From NCBI GenBank assembly GCA_030141605.1, contig JAQGDQ010000253.1, positions 80,911 through 144,910 of the forward strand: a stretch of 64,000 nucleotides of DNA, in the 5' to 3' direction. This DNA comes from Tubiluchus corallicola (lineage: Eukaryota > Animalia > Priapulida). Positions 36,824-48,634 of this stretch are shown here, in pieces. The notes under the pieces are model-generated. The model ran no database searches. It was given only the letters and a program-made list of their open reading frames with translations, and had not been told where the DNA came from. The translations under genes were made by a program, and so were the position numbers. The stretch's first letter is position 1. Each line of letters begins with the position of its first letter.

Positions 36824-37548
36824 AGGTTTTACATGTCAAACGTAGACCTGCGTTAACTCAACTGTAGATTTAGGTAATTCAAATGTGTCTTGGTAACTCA
36901 AATGTAGACTTAGGTAGTTCAAATGTGTTAACAATGGTTTTCAAGAAATCTTAAGCGTTTTTGGTAAGTCAAATATAGACACATGTCAAGTCAAATGTGA
37001 CATTGGTATCTCAAATTTGGATAGGTGGTAAAGTTTAAGGATGTTAAATTTAATCTCATTTAATCTCAAGTTAATAATTGCTGTGAAAATAATAACTTTA
37101 TAGGTCTACTAATGGTTCACTAATATTCTGTAAACTTTACATACCATTAGAACTGTTAGAGAAAACAATACATTCTTAAAATAAACAATGTTTCTTGAGA
37201 GAAACTAATTCATTAATGCAGTGCTAATGCATTACTTAAAAAACTAATTAGTGATTCACTGTTCATTGGGAAGTGGGAACCAATTTATTCTTTTCTACCG
37301 ACGTTATGGTTTATCAAAGAATTTAGTTTGAGGATAAACAACGCATTTTTCAAAGTTATGAAAGACGTGATGACTATCTTTGGTTTATCTTTTTGTAATT
37401 TGCACTTAAATAACTTAATTACCGATTTATTCAAAGTAATGCATCTACATTTGACTTACCTAAGTCACATTTGAGTTACCAAAACACATTCGAAATTCCT
37501 ATGTCTACATTTGAACTTTCCTGTGTCTACATTTGACATGTAAAACCT
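36824..37548. mobile_element. Foldback-like MITE with ~20-bp subterminal repeats
   Basis: TIR AGGTTTTACATGTCAAA / TTTGACATGTAAAACCT; TCAAATGT repeats at left, ACATTTGA repeats at right; TSD unclear. Confidence 0.75.
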
Positions 37549-37820
37549 ATAGATTTCAGTGTTTCCTTTGTCATTGTGGTCAGTAAGTTTTTGCTTACTT
37601 GGTTGAGGATGCTACATGCTACCGAGCTTCTACATATTGATTAAGTGACTGCATAATTTTTGATTGTATATTACAGTAATCTCTTGTTAAAGATCGGAAA
37701 GCACGTGAAGTGCACGTCCGCGTTTAGCCCCGCCCACCGTGATGACGTAGGACACATTCTCACAAACACTCGTCGCAAGTCACAACAGCAATATAAACAA
37801 ATGTAAAAAACATGGAAAAT

Positions 37821-38135
37821 GTATAGTATAGTGTAGTGTAGTGTAGTGTAGTGTAGTGTAGTGTAGTGTAGTGTAGTGTAGTGTAGTGTAATGTAGTGTA
37901 GTGTAGCTTAGCATAGTATAGTATAGCATAGTGTGGTGTAGTGTAATGTAGTGTAGTGTGGTGTAGTGTAGTGTAGCATAGCATAGCATATTCTAGCATA
38001 GTATAGTATAGTGTAGTGTAGTATAGTGTAGTGTAGCATAGTGTAGTGTAGTGTAGTGTAGTGTAGTGTAGTGTAGTGTAGTGTAGTGTAGTGTAGTGTA
38101 GTGTAGTGTAGTGTAGTATAGCACAGCATAGCCTA
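37821..38135. repeat. (GTGTA)n / (GCATA)n pentanucleotide microsatellite
   Basis: Directly visible; source of the YTTLH ORFs. Confidence 0.97.
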
Positions 38136-39132
38136 GCTTATATGTTGTTTATCTTTCCTTTATAAAACAGTAACTGTCGTAATCCAAGAATTAAAGATAG
38201 GTAATCAGTGTTAGTTGATAATAAAAACACACACACTGTTCTAGGCAAATGCATCAGGTGCAAGGCAACTGTAAGTGCAACGAGAAATTGATGACAATAA
38301 AAAATCAGTTTTCTCTGCTTTTTCTAACTAAGCCGCTGGTTATATTAATGGTTGTTTTTAGAACTTGTTACCTTCACACTTGACTGACCTTCATTGATGT
38401 TTTCATGTCTCAGTTACATTATATGCCTAGTATAATAGCTTCTTCACCTTCTCTTCTCTTTACAGTCTTCTCATCTTACTTAATAAACCCAGCGTCTACG
38501 TGGCATAACCGACTCACGCCAAATAATACAGTGTAGACTCAAGTAACGCCCAAAATCAAATTAGCCTCTCTTCTTTTTCTTACTATTGTATATTCTCTAG
38601 CACGGTGTGAAATTTTTTTAACGAGAACGAAAAGGGAATTATTATTATTATTAAAAATCTTTATTGAAAATGATACAATAAGCCCTCTATTTGCACGACA
38701 CATAAGTACAAAAATGTTAAACAAATCTTTACATTATGTACATTAATTAAATTTTTACACTAAATTCTTCACAGTTACAATTTCTTACTAAACAAGCTAA
38801 CACAACTGCATTACGATTCACTAATTCTAATTACATATCTAATATTTGCGTACAATGTTTATACATGTTATACTGTATGTACAAATAGTATTTGTTGTAG
38901 CTTCTACATACATAAACAATCTTACGTTAATGTCATTCGTGTATAAACAGTATGCCATTATAATCAATTTACGATAAGGTAATTTTGGGTTAGTTCTTTT
39001 ACAATATCTATATACATTTTAATTAACATACTGTTGTGGAGAAAAGGGACGTTAAATGGGTGTCACTGAAACATCCTTTACAGAGTTATATGTACATAGC
39101 ATTCATTACACTTAACCAGTTTGAAAGACTTA

Positions 39133-40083
39133 CCGTAAAACGGGGTGAGTTCGCCACTTTTTAGGGGTATTTTTTACGTTTCCTGCCATAGCAAGAGAAT
39201 TACCCAACCGATTTTCTTAGTTCAAGCTTTATATTGCCTTTCAAATGAAACACTATCGTGGGGTGAATTCGCCACTAACAATTTAACACTGTTTAATGCC
39301 ATTCTAGGCAGCTGAAGTTAACTGGTTGTGATTGGCTGGTTGGGGGTGAGTTCGCCAGCCTATGAAAAAATTATGAAAAATGTCTAGTTTTAGTTTTCAA
39401 ATAGAAACTTCCACGTTGGCAAGGAAAGCTTGAACGTCTTGTGCACTGATCTTATCGCGGGCGCCCTTGATGTTGCCAGCCACTCTGAAAACCAGATTGT
39501 TCATTCGGGCGAATGATTTGACAAAGTCTATTCCAGGGGTGTTTGCCTTGAATCGTCGTTCCTGGATTCCCTTCGCGTCAAGAACACTCTTAATCAGTAG
39601 TCGGAGATCGATGGCAGTCATTGGGAACCCCCACTCAGCGGCCACTTGGAGTGTTGGCGATTTCGTGCTCCTCGGCGGCGGAGAACACTGGCTGACCTCC
39701 GGTCTTCCGCGGATGACTTCGTGAGAGTTTGCCAGAAAGGGTCTTTCTTGGAACTCCGAATTGCCTCGCCGCTGCGCTGATTGTCCTGTTGGTATTCTTG
39801 ACGGCATGTAGGGCAGCTTCCAGAGCTTCTGGGGTATAATTTTGGTATCTATGACCCGGTACAGGGGTGCAGGTGCGTGGCATGTTAAGTAGCCAGAAAT
39901 CGTAGACAAATAATATGTAGCGCAGAATGGAATACTTCTAGTGCGAATTGAAAGAAGATAACTGTCCCAAACTGCTTATGATGACGGTGATCATGATATC
40001 TGTTCATTAAACCCTGAACAATAGTTACAGCAAACCTACAATGGCCATTACGTAAGGGGTGGCGAACTCACCCCGTTTTACGG
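39133..40083 (-). mobile_element. Internally deleted pogo/Tigger transposon
   Basis: Perfect 25-bp TIR CCGTAAAACGGGGTGAGTTCGCCAC; TA TSD; subterminal GGGGTGA.TTCGCCA copies near 39260 and 39343. Confidence 0.93.
39397..39883 (-). pseudogene. Frameshifted pogo transposase N-terminus (HTH_psq + CENP-B/Tc5 HTH), DDE domain absent
   Basis: YTPEALEAAL...TISAAARQFGVPRKTL...GGQPVFSAAEEHEIA then, after a frameshift near 39650, AAEWGFPMTAIDLR...RFKANTPGIDFVKSF. Confidence 0.9.
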
Positions 40084-40457
40084 TATATGATTGGAAAAGA
40101 AAATTCTTAATACATGTAATTTAAAAATTCGCGGCAACTGATAAAACTGCCTCGCCATCCCAGTATGCACCACTGATTCACCAGAAAATACGTTATTGAT
40201 CTTATTAACAATATAAAGTAATTCAAACTTTTCCTTTGTTAGGAAAGACTGTGTTGCGAATGTTCTGTTTACTTTTTCAAGCTTTACGGAATGTTATCTA
40301 AATGTGTTTCCAACGACTTACTGTCAAAATGACAGCGCTTAAAAATCATTACGAGAGTTTAAATTCACATTTTTGCAGTGTTACTGCTGACGCAAATTCT
40401 GCATGCAGTAAGACAGCACGTAAATGATACAAAATTTATGAAGAGTCTTGTAGTTAA

Positions 40458-41130
40458 AGCACAAGAAAACCCTTCATAAACATAAAGCTTGAAAAATTTG
40501 TGTTGAAATTTTATACCAGTTACATTCTGCCTTTTTGCGTGCAGGACTTCAATCGGCAGTCACGCTGTATGAAACATGTAAATTTAAACTCCCGCGATTA
40601 CCGTTAGACGCAGCCATTTTCACGACAGGTCATTTGAAACAAGTTTAGATAACATTTTGTGAAGTTTGAAAAAATAATCAGAGCATTCGTAGCGCACAAG
40701 TCACTAACTAAATAAAATTCAAAGTTACTGTATCTTGTCAATAAGATTAAAAATACGTTTTTTGGTTAGTGAGTGGTGCACCCTGGAGGGTGAGTCAGCG
40801 ACATTTTACCAATTGGTGAAAACATTTTAAATTATTAATAATTTTCTTTTCCAGTTACATAAGTCTTTCTAGCAGGTAAGCGAAAATCTAAATAATATAG
40901 ATTTGCACGGAAAGTCTTTTGAGACATAATTTAATATCGCCTTTTCTTCCCTTGATTTACGTTTGGTACATGACGTCATGTAATGGCGCCGTCGGAACAG
41001 TATTGCGGGAGATTTAAAATGAAAACAAACTAAAATTCCTTTCAGTGCTAGTGCGATATACGCATAAAATTGCTGTAAAGTAATATAATTTTTTAATGAA
41101 ACCTACTTCAGGTTCCTCTTTTCTTGTCCT
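40458..41130 (+). mobile_element. Kolobok-type MITE, copy 1
   Basis: TTAA|AGCACAAGAAAA ... TTTTCTTGTCCT|TTAA; three homologous copies in the window. Confidence 0.85.
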
Positions 41131-41998
41131 TTAAGTGTAACTGTCCCTTTAACTGTTACAGTTCACGTGGCCTAAACTAAAATTGATTTAAAAAACAGTT
41201 TACTTCTTTTTATACTGCATTAATTCTTTTAAATTTTAGTAAACCTTACAGCCTTCTTATATCACATACGCGCCTTGTTTACATTCAGTGATGCAAAGTC
41301 GGTACGTGATGCACTGATTGTATTGTTTCCCGCTTGCAAAACGGAAGCTGCTTCTCCGTTGGCACGCCACTTCGTTAGCACTTTAATTATTAGTAATCAC
41401 TTCTAGGATTACATAGGGCTTTCACCTTTGCAATGCTTTCTCTCTAGTCAGCAACTGAAGCACAATATATTTTATCCAGTAATTGCTAAATATATCCAAA
41501 GCGATTGAACCACACTAAAAGCTGCTACAGTAATATGCCTATTTATTTGCTAAAGCTCTATGCCCGTTCTCCTACTTCGTCATTATCGTAGTAAACTTCT
41601 CGTACTATTTCACGCGACATTTTTTTCTGCATGGCTGTTTTTCCAGCAGTTGCTTCTCTATGGAAGTTCGCCATCATCGTGCTTGTTTATTAAATTTTCG
41701 CAATTTCTCAAGCATGTATTCGCGTGGCTTGTTCGCATTTGCATATTCAAGAGCCTATCGTTATCAACACGTCAATCTGATTTAGTACTTGTATTAGTCA
41801 GTTAGCATTTTTGTACACATTCGCTTCGCTAATTTTGCAAAGCTCTTTGCGGTATAAAACTCTTCACTACTTCGTTTGGGAAGAAAACGAGATTGTTACA
41901 GACGGATTTTTCACCGTACCCCATTCAAGGCACATAGGCGCAAGCATCAGATAACGTCATTTTGAAATAGTCCACGCTTAGTAATCGATCATGCTTAA

Positions 41999-42651
41999 TG
42001 GACAAAAGAGGTACCTGAAGTAGGTTTCAGAAAATCGCCTTAAAAAATTGTATTACATTATAGCAATTTTATGCGTATATCTTACTCGCACTGAAACCAA
42101 TTTTAGTTTGTTCTCATTTAAATCTCCCGCAATACTGTTCCGAAGTCGCAATTACATGACGTCATGTACCAAACGTAAATCAAGGGAAGAAAAGGCAATG
42201 TTAAATTATATCTCAAAAGACTTTCCTTGCAAATCTATATTACTTAGATTTTCGCTTACCTGCTACAAAGACTTATGTAACTAGAAAAGAAAATTGTTAA
42301 TTATTTAAAATGTTTTCACCAATTGGTAAAATGTCGCTGATTCACCATCCAGGGTGCACCACTCACTAACCAAAAAACGTATTTTTAATTTTATTGACAA
42401 GATACAGTAATTTTAAATTTTATTTAGTTAGTGACTTGTGCGCTACGAATGCTGTGATTATTTTTTCAAACTTTACAAAATGTTATCTAAACTTGTTTCA
42501 AATGACCTGTCATGAAAACAGCTGTGTCTAACGGTTTTATACAGCGTGACTGCCGATTGAAGTCCTGCGTGCAAAAAGGCAGTATGTAAGTGATATAAAA
42601 TTTCAAAACGAATTTTTCAAGCTTTATTTTTATGAAGGGTTCTCTTGTGCT
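41999..42651 (-). mobile_element. Kolobok-type MITE, copy 2 (inverted relative to copy 1)
   Basis: Reverse complement of 40458-41130; TTAA on both sides. Confidence 0.85.
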
Positions 42652-42760
42652 TTAAGCAAAAAAATAACGGATTTCTGTACCTCGGTTACTGATAGGAATC
42701 ATAGGATCAAAGCGTTCGATAGACAACAAAAAACTGCGTTTGTGGGTATGAAAACATAAC

Positions 42761-43029
42761 ATAATAATAACAATCTTTGTTTAAAGTCGGTTTTTGGGTC
42801 AACAATTAACATTAGCTCCAAGAGCTATTATCACCGACTGTAAATAACAACCTACAACTACATAACAGAGACTATTATTACCCCACTTTTACCCTAAATA
42901 CCACGCGTCAGGTAGGGCAACAGCAGGTACCATTTTTTAAAGTCTTTGGTATGACCGGGCCGCTGGTTCGAACTCACGACTTCCCAGACGGAAAGCAGAC
43001 GCATTACCACTAGACTAAGCCGTCTGGTC
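42761..43029 (-). mobile_element. tRNA-derived SINE (Meta-domain-like body)
   Basis: A box TAGTCTAGTGG and B box GAGTTCGAACC, then GGTCATACCAAAGACTTTAAAAAATGGTACC; (TTA)-like tail. Superfamily name is from memory. Confidence 0.8.
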
Positions 43030-43232
43030 ATAGTTCCACAATCACTACTTGGTGACAAATCGTTGAAGTTAGGTGATATCAAGTTTTGCTAGAATAATAT
43101 CCCACAAAAAACTGTTCCCCGTTTTAAAAGAAAACGTACATAGCGTAAACAAGAGATGTCCAGTCATGCACGCAACTTCCTCTATTTCAGGCAGCAGGGC
43201 TTCAAAATTTTGAAAGTGTATTGCGGTGTGCT

Positions 43233-43812
43233 GGGATAGATTCGTTTCCCAGAAAACTTTTTTGCCAGAACCGCCATTTCTCAGAAAATTAAATTCACAG
43301 AAAATGTAATGAATCCTTTTTAAAGCGCAGTTGGATGATGCGAAATGAAAAGTAGTTTATTTTAACTACGTTTATTGATCAATATCGATTACCTGATAAA
43401 AAAATTTGGTAACTCCTTAAGGCAAGAAGGTAGATTTGTAACGTTAGCACGATTATACAACGAATCGTGTTGATCTTTGCATATACGCAACAGTGAGTAA
43501 TCACGGCTACGAAATGAAGCAGTGTCGAGCCTGGCAACTGATTAGCTGGGTGACTGCTTAGGAATCTCACTTTGGGCAGTTCTCTTCACTGTTATGCCGA
43601 ATTATTTCGTTGATTTAGGGAGGATGTACATGCATCTAACTGTGACTGTGAAAACATTGAAGACAACGAGTTGCGCGAGAAAAATATGCTGACAGCCTGC
43701 TGTACTCGATACATTGTGTCATTTTCAATGATTCTGATAGTCATTACTTAAAACGCTGTAAATAATTAGAAGCAGAAAGAGAGAAAGAGGTGGTATTGAC
43801 AATTGAGAAAGA

Positions 43813-43870
<58 letters not shown>

Positions 43871-44067
43871 GAGGGGGGAAGCAGAAAAAACCGAAGGCTT
43901 TATCCGACTAAGCTAGTAGATCGTACAACTAAAAACGCAACCACGATATTTGTGGAAAATACTTTTTGTGTGAAACGAGTTTTCTAGGGAAAATATTTTC
44001 TGGGAAGTTATCTTTTCTAGGAAATGTTTTTTCTATGAGAAAGTTTTCTGGGAAACGTACCTAGACG
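43233..44067. mobile_element. MITE (possibly Mutator-like) containing a (GA)n tract
   Basis: Inverted CGTTTCCCAGAAAACTTT / AAAGTTTTCTGGGAAACG with subterminal repeats; flanks TGCGGTG(TG)CT / TGCGGTGCT resemble a 9-bp TSD. Confidence 0.65.
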
Positions 44068-45110
44068 TGCGGTGCTAGCCTTCATTCTTTGAAAATAATG
44101 TTAAAAAAAGTTAGAAGTTAAAGTTTTAAGACTTTAGTAATGAAAGCGATAAGCACCTCGTGTAATTAGTAAAATCGCTTTTAAAATCGCGATAGTTTCA
44201 CGCTTGGGCACTCCCAGTTTGAATGCCTATATTTCCACCAATGACGTCACTCATCGACTGAAAAAAGGCAACTCACTGTCAATTTCTGTCAAAAATATAT
44301 ACGTTTTTACAAAAGATAGGTAGCTAGTTATGTGATATTTTGCTGCAGAAGTTTGAATTACTTTAAGCAGAGCGCGGAAAGCTACGATCTGGTTATGAAA
44401 CGTCACGAAGTCCACCAGTTACGTCATAATTTTCAAGTGAATGGCGGCTACCATCGCGGCTGAAAATTTATATACAGCGATAATATTAATTAGCTTTATA
44501 AACAGTTTTTTCAAATTTCTATATATTTCTAAGTTTAAGTGATGAGAGTAAAATAAACCCAACATGCTAAGTAACATGTCCTTTCCTTTAAAGTACTTCC
44601 CCGTTAAATTTGCTGTTAACCGCTCACCACACGTGAGACTAGAGGAGGTATAAGCTTCTCCTCTAAAATCACTTTAATTGGCGTTCTGCTTGAGATTAGG
44701 TGCAAGGTAGCAAAATGTGTAGTAATTGGACTAGCATGGTATTACTTGTTAGGTTTCATAGAACAAGTATTACACAATCTAATGGATTCCGTGAGATTGT
44801 GTGGCTGCAGAGTGAAGCCAGCTTTCTTAACTACCATATATGCGCACTGCATGGAAAAGGTTATGGATGGGTTACATTGTGTGTGCAGTCTACCTGGTCT
44901 TCAAAACCTTATTTTGTTGGATATAAATAGGCCATTTCCTATTATAAAATCAAACTTTTTACTCTTTAATGCAACGGATACTGGCGTCCTTGTCTGTTTG
45001 CGTGTCTGTCTGTCTGTCTGTCTGTCAGACAGAAGCAGCAATCAAAGAATAGTGCAGTTAGACCAATCCTAAATTCATACTCTACAAGCACTGATGATTT
45101 TTTGTAACAA

Positions 45111-45293
45111 TCAAAGTAGCTTTACTCTCTTGCAAAGGCCAGTGTTAACTGCCTGCTCAGTGGGCATGTTAGTCAGCTAAGTTAGGCTACTGCCTGATTA
45201 ACTCAAAGTAGCTTTACTCTCTTGCAAAGGCCAGTGTTAACTGCCTACTCACTGGGCATGTTAGTCTGCTAAGTTAGGCTACTGCCTGATTAA
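45111..45293. repeat. Tandem duplication of ~92 bp (2 copies)
   Basis: TCAAAGTAGCTTTACTCTCTTG...CTGCCTGATTAAC repeated with few mismatches. Confidence 0.9.
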
Positions 45294-45807
45294 CTGTTTT
45301 ATTACCACACTGAGCAGCGAAATAAAAATATTATAGCACCCTGTCAGAAGGTAGTTTCCCCAACATCTCTGTTGATCTAAATTAACTTTTTTAATATGAA
45401 CAACCTGCTGTCCCAGATAACTGTGTGTGAGTCCCCTAATTAATCGTCTGTGAGCATAACATTGAAAAAGGGGTACACGTGAACAGTTTAAAGATTGCTT
45501 AAAGTAAAGATTGCTAATGAAAGGCTACCTAAATGAAAATCTGATTGTCATGCAGAACTTGCATCATTTATTATAATAACACAAGCATGTTTCTTTATGA
45601 ATAGTAATGATGGTAACAATGCAGATGATAATGACAATGGCTATGATGATGGTATTAATAATAATTACAAATGCAGAAAAGTTCTCTCTGGCCTTGCCCT
45701 GGATCAATGATTCAGTGTCAAAATGTTCCAATGATTCCATAGTACAAAAAATTTGGAAAGGAGAAAATACACACTTTTTGGGCATTCGGTGTAGAATCTA
45801 CTGTAGT

Positions 45808-46398
45808 GAGACAATCTGTGACTTGATGGGCGGTTCAAAGTCAGAGACAATCTGTGACTTTTGATGGGCGGTTCAAAGTCAGAGACTACCTGTGACTTGA
45901 TGGGCGGTTCAAAGTCAGAGACAACCTGTGACTTGATGGGCGGTTCAAAGTCAGAGACAATCTGTGACTTTTGATGGGCGGTTCAAAGTCAGAGACAATC
46001 TGTGACTTTTGATGGGCGGTTCAAAATCAGAGACAATCTGTGACTTTTGATGGGCAGTTCAAAGTCAGAGACAATCTGTGACTTTTGATGGGCGGTTCAA
46101 AGTCAGAGACAATCTGTGACTTTTGATGGGCGGTTCAAAGTCAGAGACAATCTGTGACTTTTGATGGGCGGTCCAAAGTCAGAGACAATCTGTGACTTTT
46201 GAAGGGCGGTTCAATGTCAGAGACAATCTGTGACTTTCGATGGGCAGTTCAAAGTCAGAGACAATCTGTGACTTTCGATGGGCAGTTCAAAGTCAGAGAC
46301 AATCTGTGACTTTTGATGGGCGGTTCAAAGTCAGAGACAATCTGTGACTTTTGATGGGCGGTTCAAAATCAGAGACAATCTGTGACTTTTGATGGGCC
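45808..46398 (+). repeat. 36-38-bp minisatellite, ~15 units, each containing an inverted repeat
   Basis: Unit GAGACAATCTGTGACTTTTGATGGGCGGTTCAAAGTCA. Confidence 0.96.
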
Positions 46399-46461
46399 GC
46401 CCACTCGAGACCAGAAAACAATTTTTTCATTGACCATGAAATTATTAATTAGTATGTCAAT

Positions 46462-47192
46462 AATCAGTAATTGTAAGCACAACTACAGCTCTTGTTTTCA
46501 CTGATATTAACGCCAATTATCAGTAATTGTAAGCACAACTACAGCTCTTGTTTTGACTGATATTAACACCAATTATCAGTAATTGTAAGCACAACTACAG
46601 CTTTTGTTTTGACTAATATTAACGCCAATTATCAGTAATTGTAAGCACAACTACAGCTTTTGTTTTGACTAATATTAACGCCAATTATCAGTAATTGTAA
46701 GCACAACTACAGCTTTTGCTTTGACTAATATTAACTCCAATTATCAGTAATTGTAAGCACAACTACAGCTTTTGCTTTGACTAATATTAACGCCAATTAT
46801 CAGTAATTGTAAGCACAACTACAACTTTTGTTTTCACTGATATTATCGCCAATTATCAATAATTGTAAGCACAACTACAGCTCTTGTTTTCACTGATATT
46901 ATCGCCAATTATCAGTAATTGTAAGCACAACTACAGCTTTTGTTTTGACTAATATTAACGCCAATTATCAGTAACTGTAAGCACAACTACAGCTCTTGTT
47001 TTGACTGATATTAACGCCAATTATCAGTAACTGTAAGCACAACTACAGCTTTTGTTTTGACTGATATTAACTGCAATTATCAGTAATTGTAAGCACAACT
47101 ACAGCTTTTGTTTTGACTGATATTAACTCCAATTATCAGTAATTGTAAGCACAACTACAACTTTTGTTTTGACTAATGTTAACACCAATTAA
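46462..47192 (+). repeat. 56-bp minisatellite, ~13 units, abutting the ERMARD exon 13 acceptor
   Basis: Unit AATTATCAGTAATTGTAAGCACAACTACAGCTTTTGTTTTGACT(A/G)ATATTAACGCC. Confidence 0.96.
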
Positions 47193-47203
47193 TTTTCATA
47201 CAG

Positions 47204-47342
47204 GTTTCTAAAGCGCGTGCTGAAGTTTGTCGAAAACCTAACAAGCAACACCAGCCCTGAACACAACAGATGGGAAGAGAGCATTGCGTTAACCTATGAT
47301 CTTATACACGAAGTCTCCAAGTTTTACCAATGCAAGGTATAA
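47204..47342 (+). CDS. ERMARD: ERMARD exon 13 (terminal)
   Basis: Phase 2 matches; FLKRVLKFVENLTSNTSPEHNRWEESIALT...YQCKV* parallels human [30 protein letters not shown]; joined CDS 2109 nt = 702 aa. Confidence 0.92.
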
Positions 47343-47424
47343 AATAATGTGCAGTTGTGTAATTTTTTATACCTCAGTTATACACCATCTATGTCACTGT
47401 AATTAATTGTATATATCAGTAACT

Positions 47425-47615
47425 AAGACTGATTGATCATCTCTGTAATGTTTTTATCAGTGATTATCAATGTATTTTGCCAGTATTACAATGTATATAT
47501 ATATATATATACATTGTAATACTGGCAAAATACATTGATAATATATATACATTGTAATACTGGCAAAATACATTGATAATCACTGATAAAAACATTACAG
47601 AGATGATCAATCAGT

Positions 47616-47618
<3 letters not shown>
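47425..47618. repeat. Perfect 69-bp inverted repeat around (TA)n
   Basis: Arms 47425-47493 and 47550-47618, with an extra partial arm at 47512-47542. Confidence 0.92.
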
Positions 47619-47649
<31 letters not shown>

Positions 47650-47651
<2 letters not shown>

Positions 47652-48300
47652 ATAATCTTTATTTGCCATTAAAATACATTGATAATCACTGATAAAAAAT
47701 TTACAGAGATGATCAATCAGTGTTAGTTAATAAAAACTTACACTGCTAAAGGCAAATGCGTCAGTGCAATCTAAAGTACTGTGCGGTAATGGAAAGTAAC
47801 GACGAATAAAATCAAACATATTTACAACTATGCAAAAAAATGAAAAAATTATGATTTAATTAATATGGCCGTGGATATATGAATTCTGAATTAGTGTGTA
47901 TGTCGTCGTACTAGTGTGATGGTATTTCATATCTGGTTAATATTAGTGATTTTAATTTTATTTTAAATGCTGATAGGGACTTGATTTGTTTAACCTGTGA
48001 TGATAGAGAATTCCAAAGTAGAATTGCTTGATTATAGAGTTCGTTCCATAGTGGGTATTTGTCCTAATTCTGGAATTTGCTTGTGCAATGTTATTTTTAC
48101 CACTTATATAGCAACAACAAAAAACTAGATTGTCAGTGTAATATAAAAACCTAACATATGGTTAATAGATATATCAGAATTCTTAATAATTGCGTTAAAA
48201 ATCATAAAACCTTTGATTTTACGCAAAATAAAATTATTATTATAAGTGACTTAAATTACATGAAAGCACATTTTCGCTTGAATGTGTCATTAGGCGTGTA
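47650..48300 (-). mobile_element. CR1/L2-type LINE 3' fragment
   Basis: Minus strand YNQAILLWNSLSSQVKQIKSLSAFKIKLK plus the family 3' end and (TA)n tail; inner boundary approximate. Confidence 0.7.
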
Positions 48301-48634
48301 ATCTTATACCAGCTTCTATTTACTTGAGCTCAGATTCTGTCTACTTAATTCTTTTAACGTGATAAATTAAATCTTCTGCTTCTTACGTTTTTAGCTGTTG
48401 TATTTATTTAACTAAGCTGCTTAAACTGTTTGTGCTGTTTTAAGCATCATACAGCATTCCGATGGTTTGCTTTGTTGTAGAGAAATATTGGAGAAATTCA
48501 GCGCATTCTACAAATATAATAAAGTCAGTTTGTGTTTTAACTTATAAGAATGCTATCATCATCGTTGCTGCCCGGTGTCTTTTTCTGTTGTTCCTTATGC
48601 TTTTGAAGACTGTCCTTATTGTGACGTCAGCCAT

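Noticed and set aside
42950-43029. tRNA gene
   Set aside because: A and B boxes run into a SINE body and tail; no complete cloverleaf.
44700-45072. Two overlapping + strand ORFs behind an acceptor-like ttgttag
   Set aside because: No homology recognised and no phase-linked partner exon other than a premature-stop reading.
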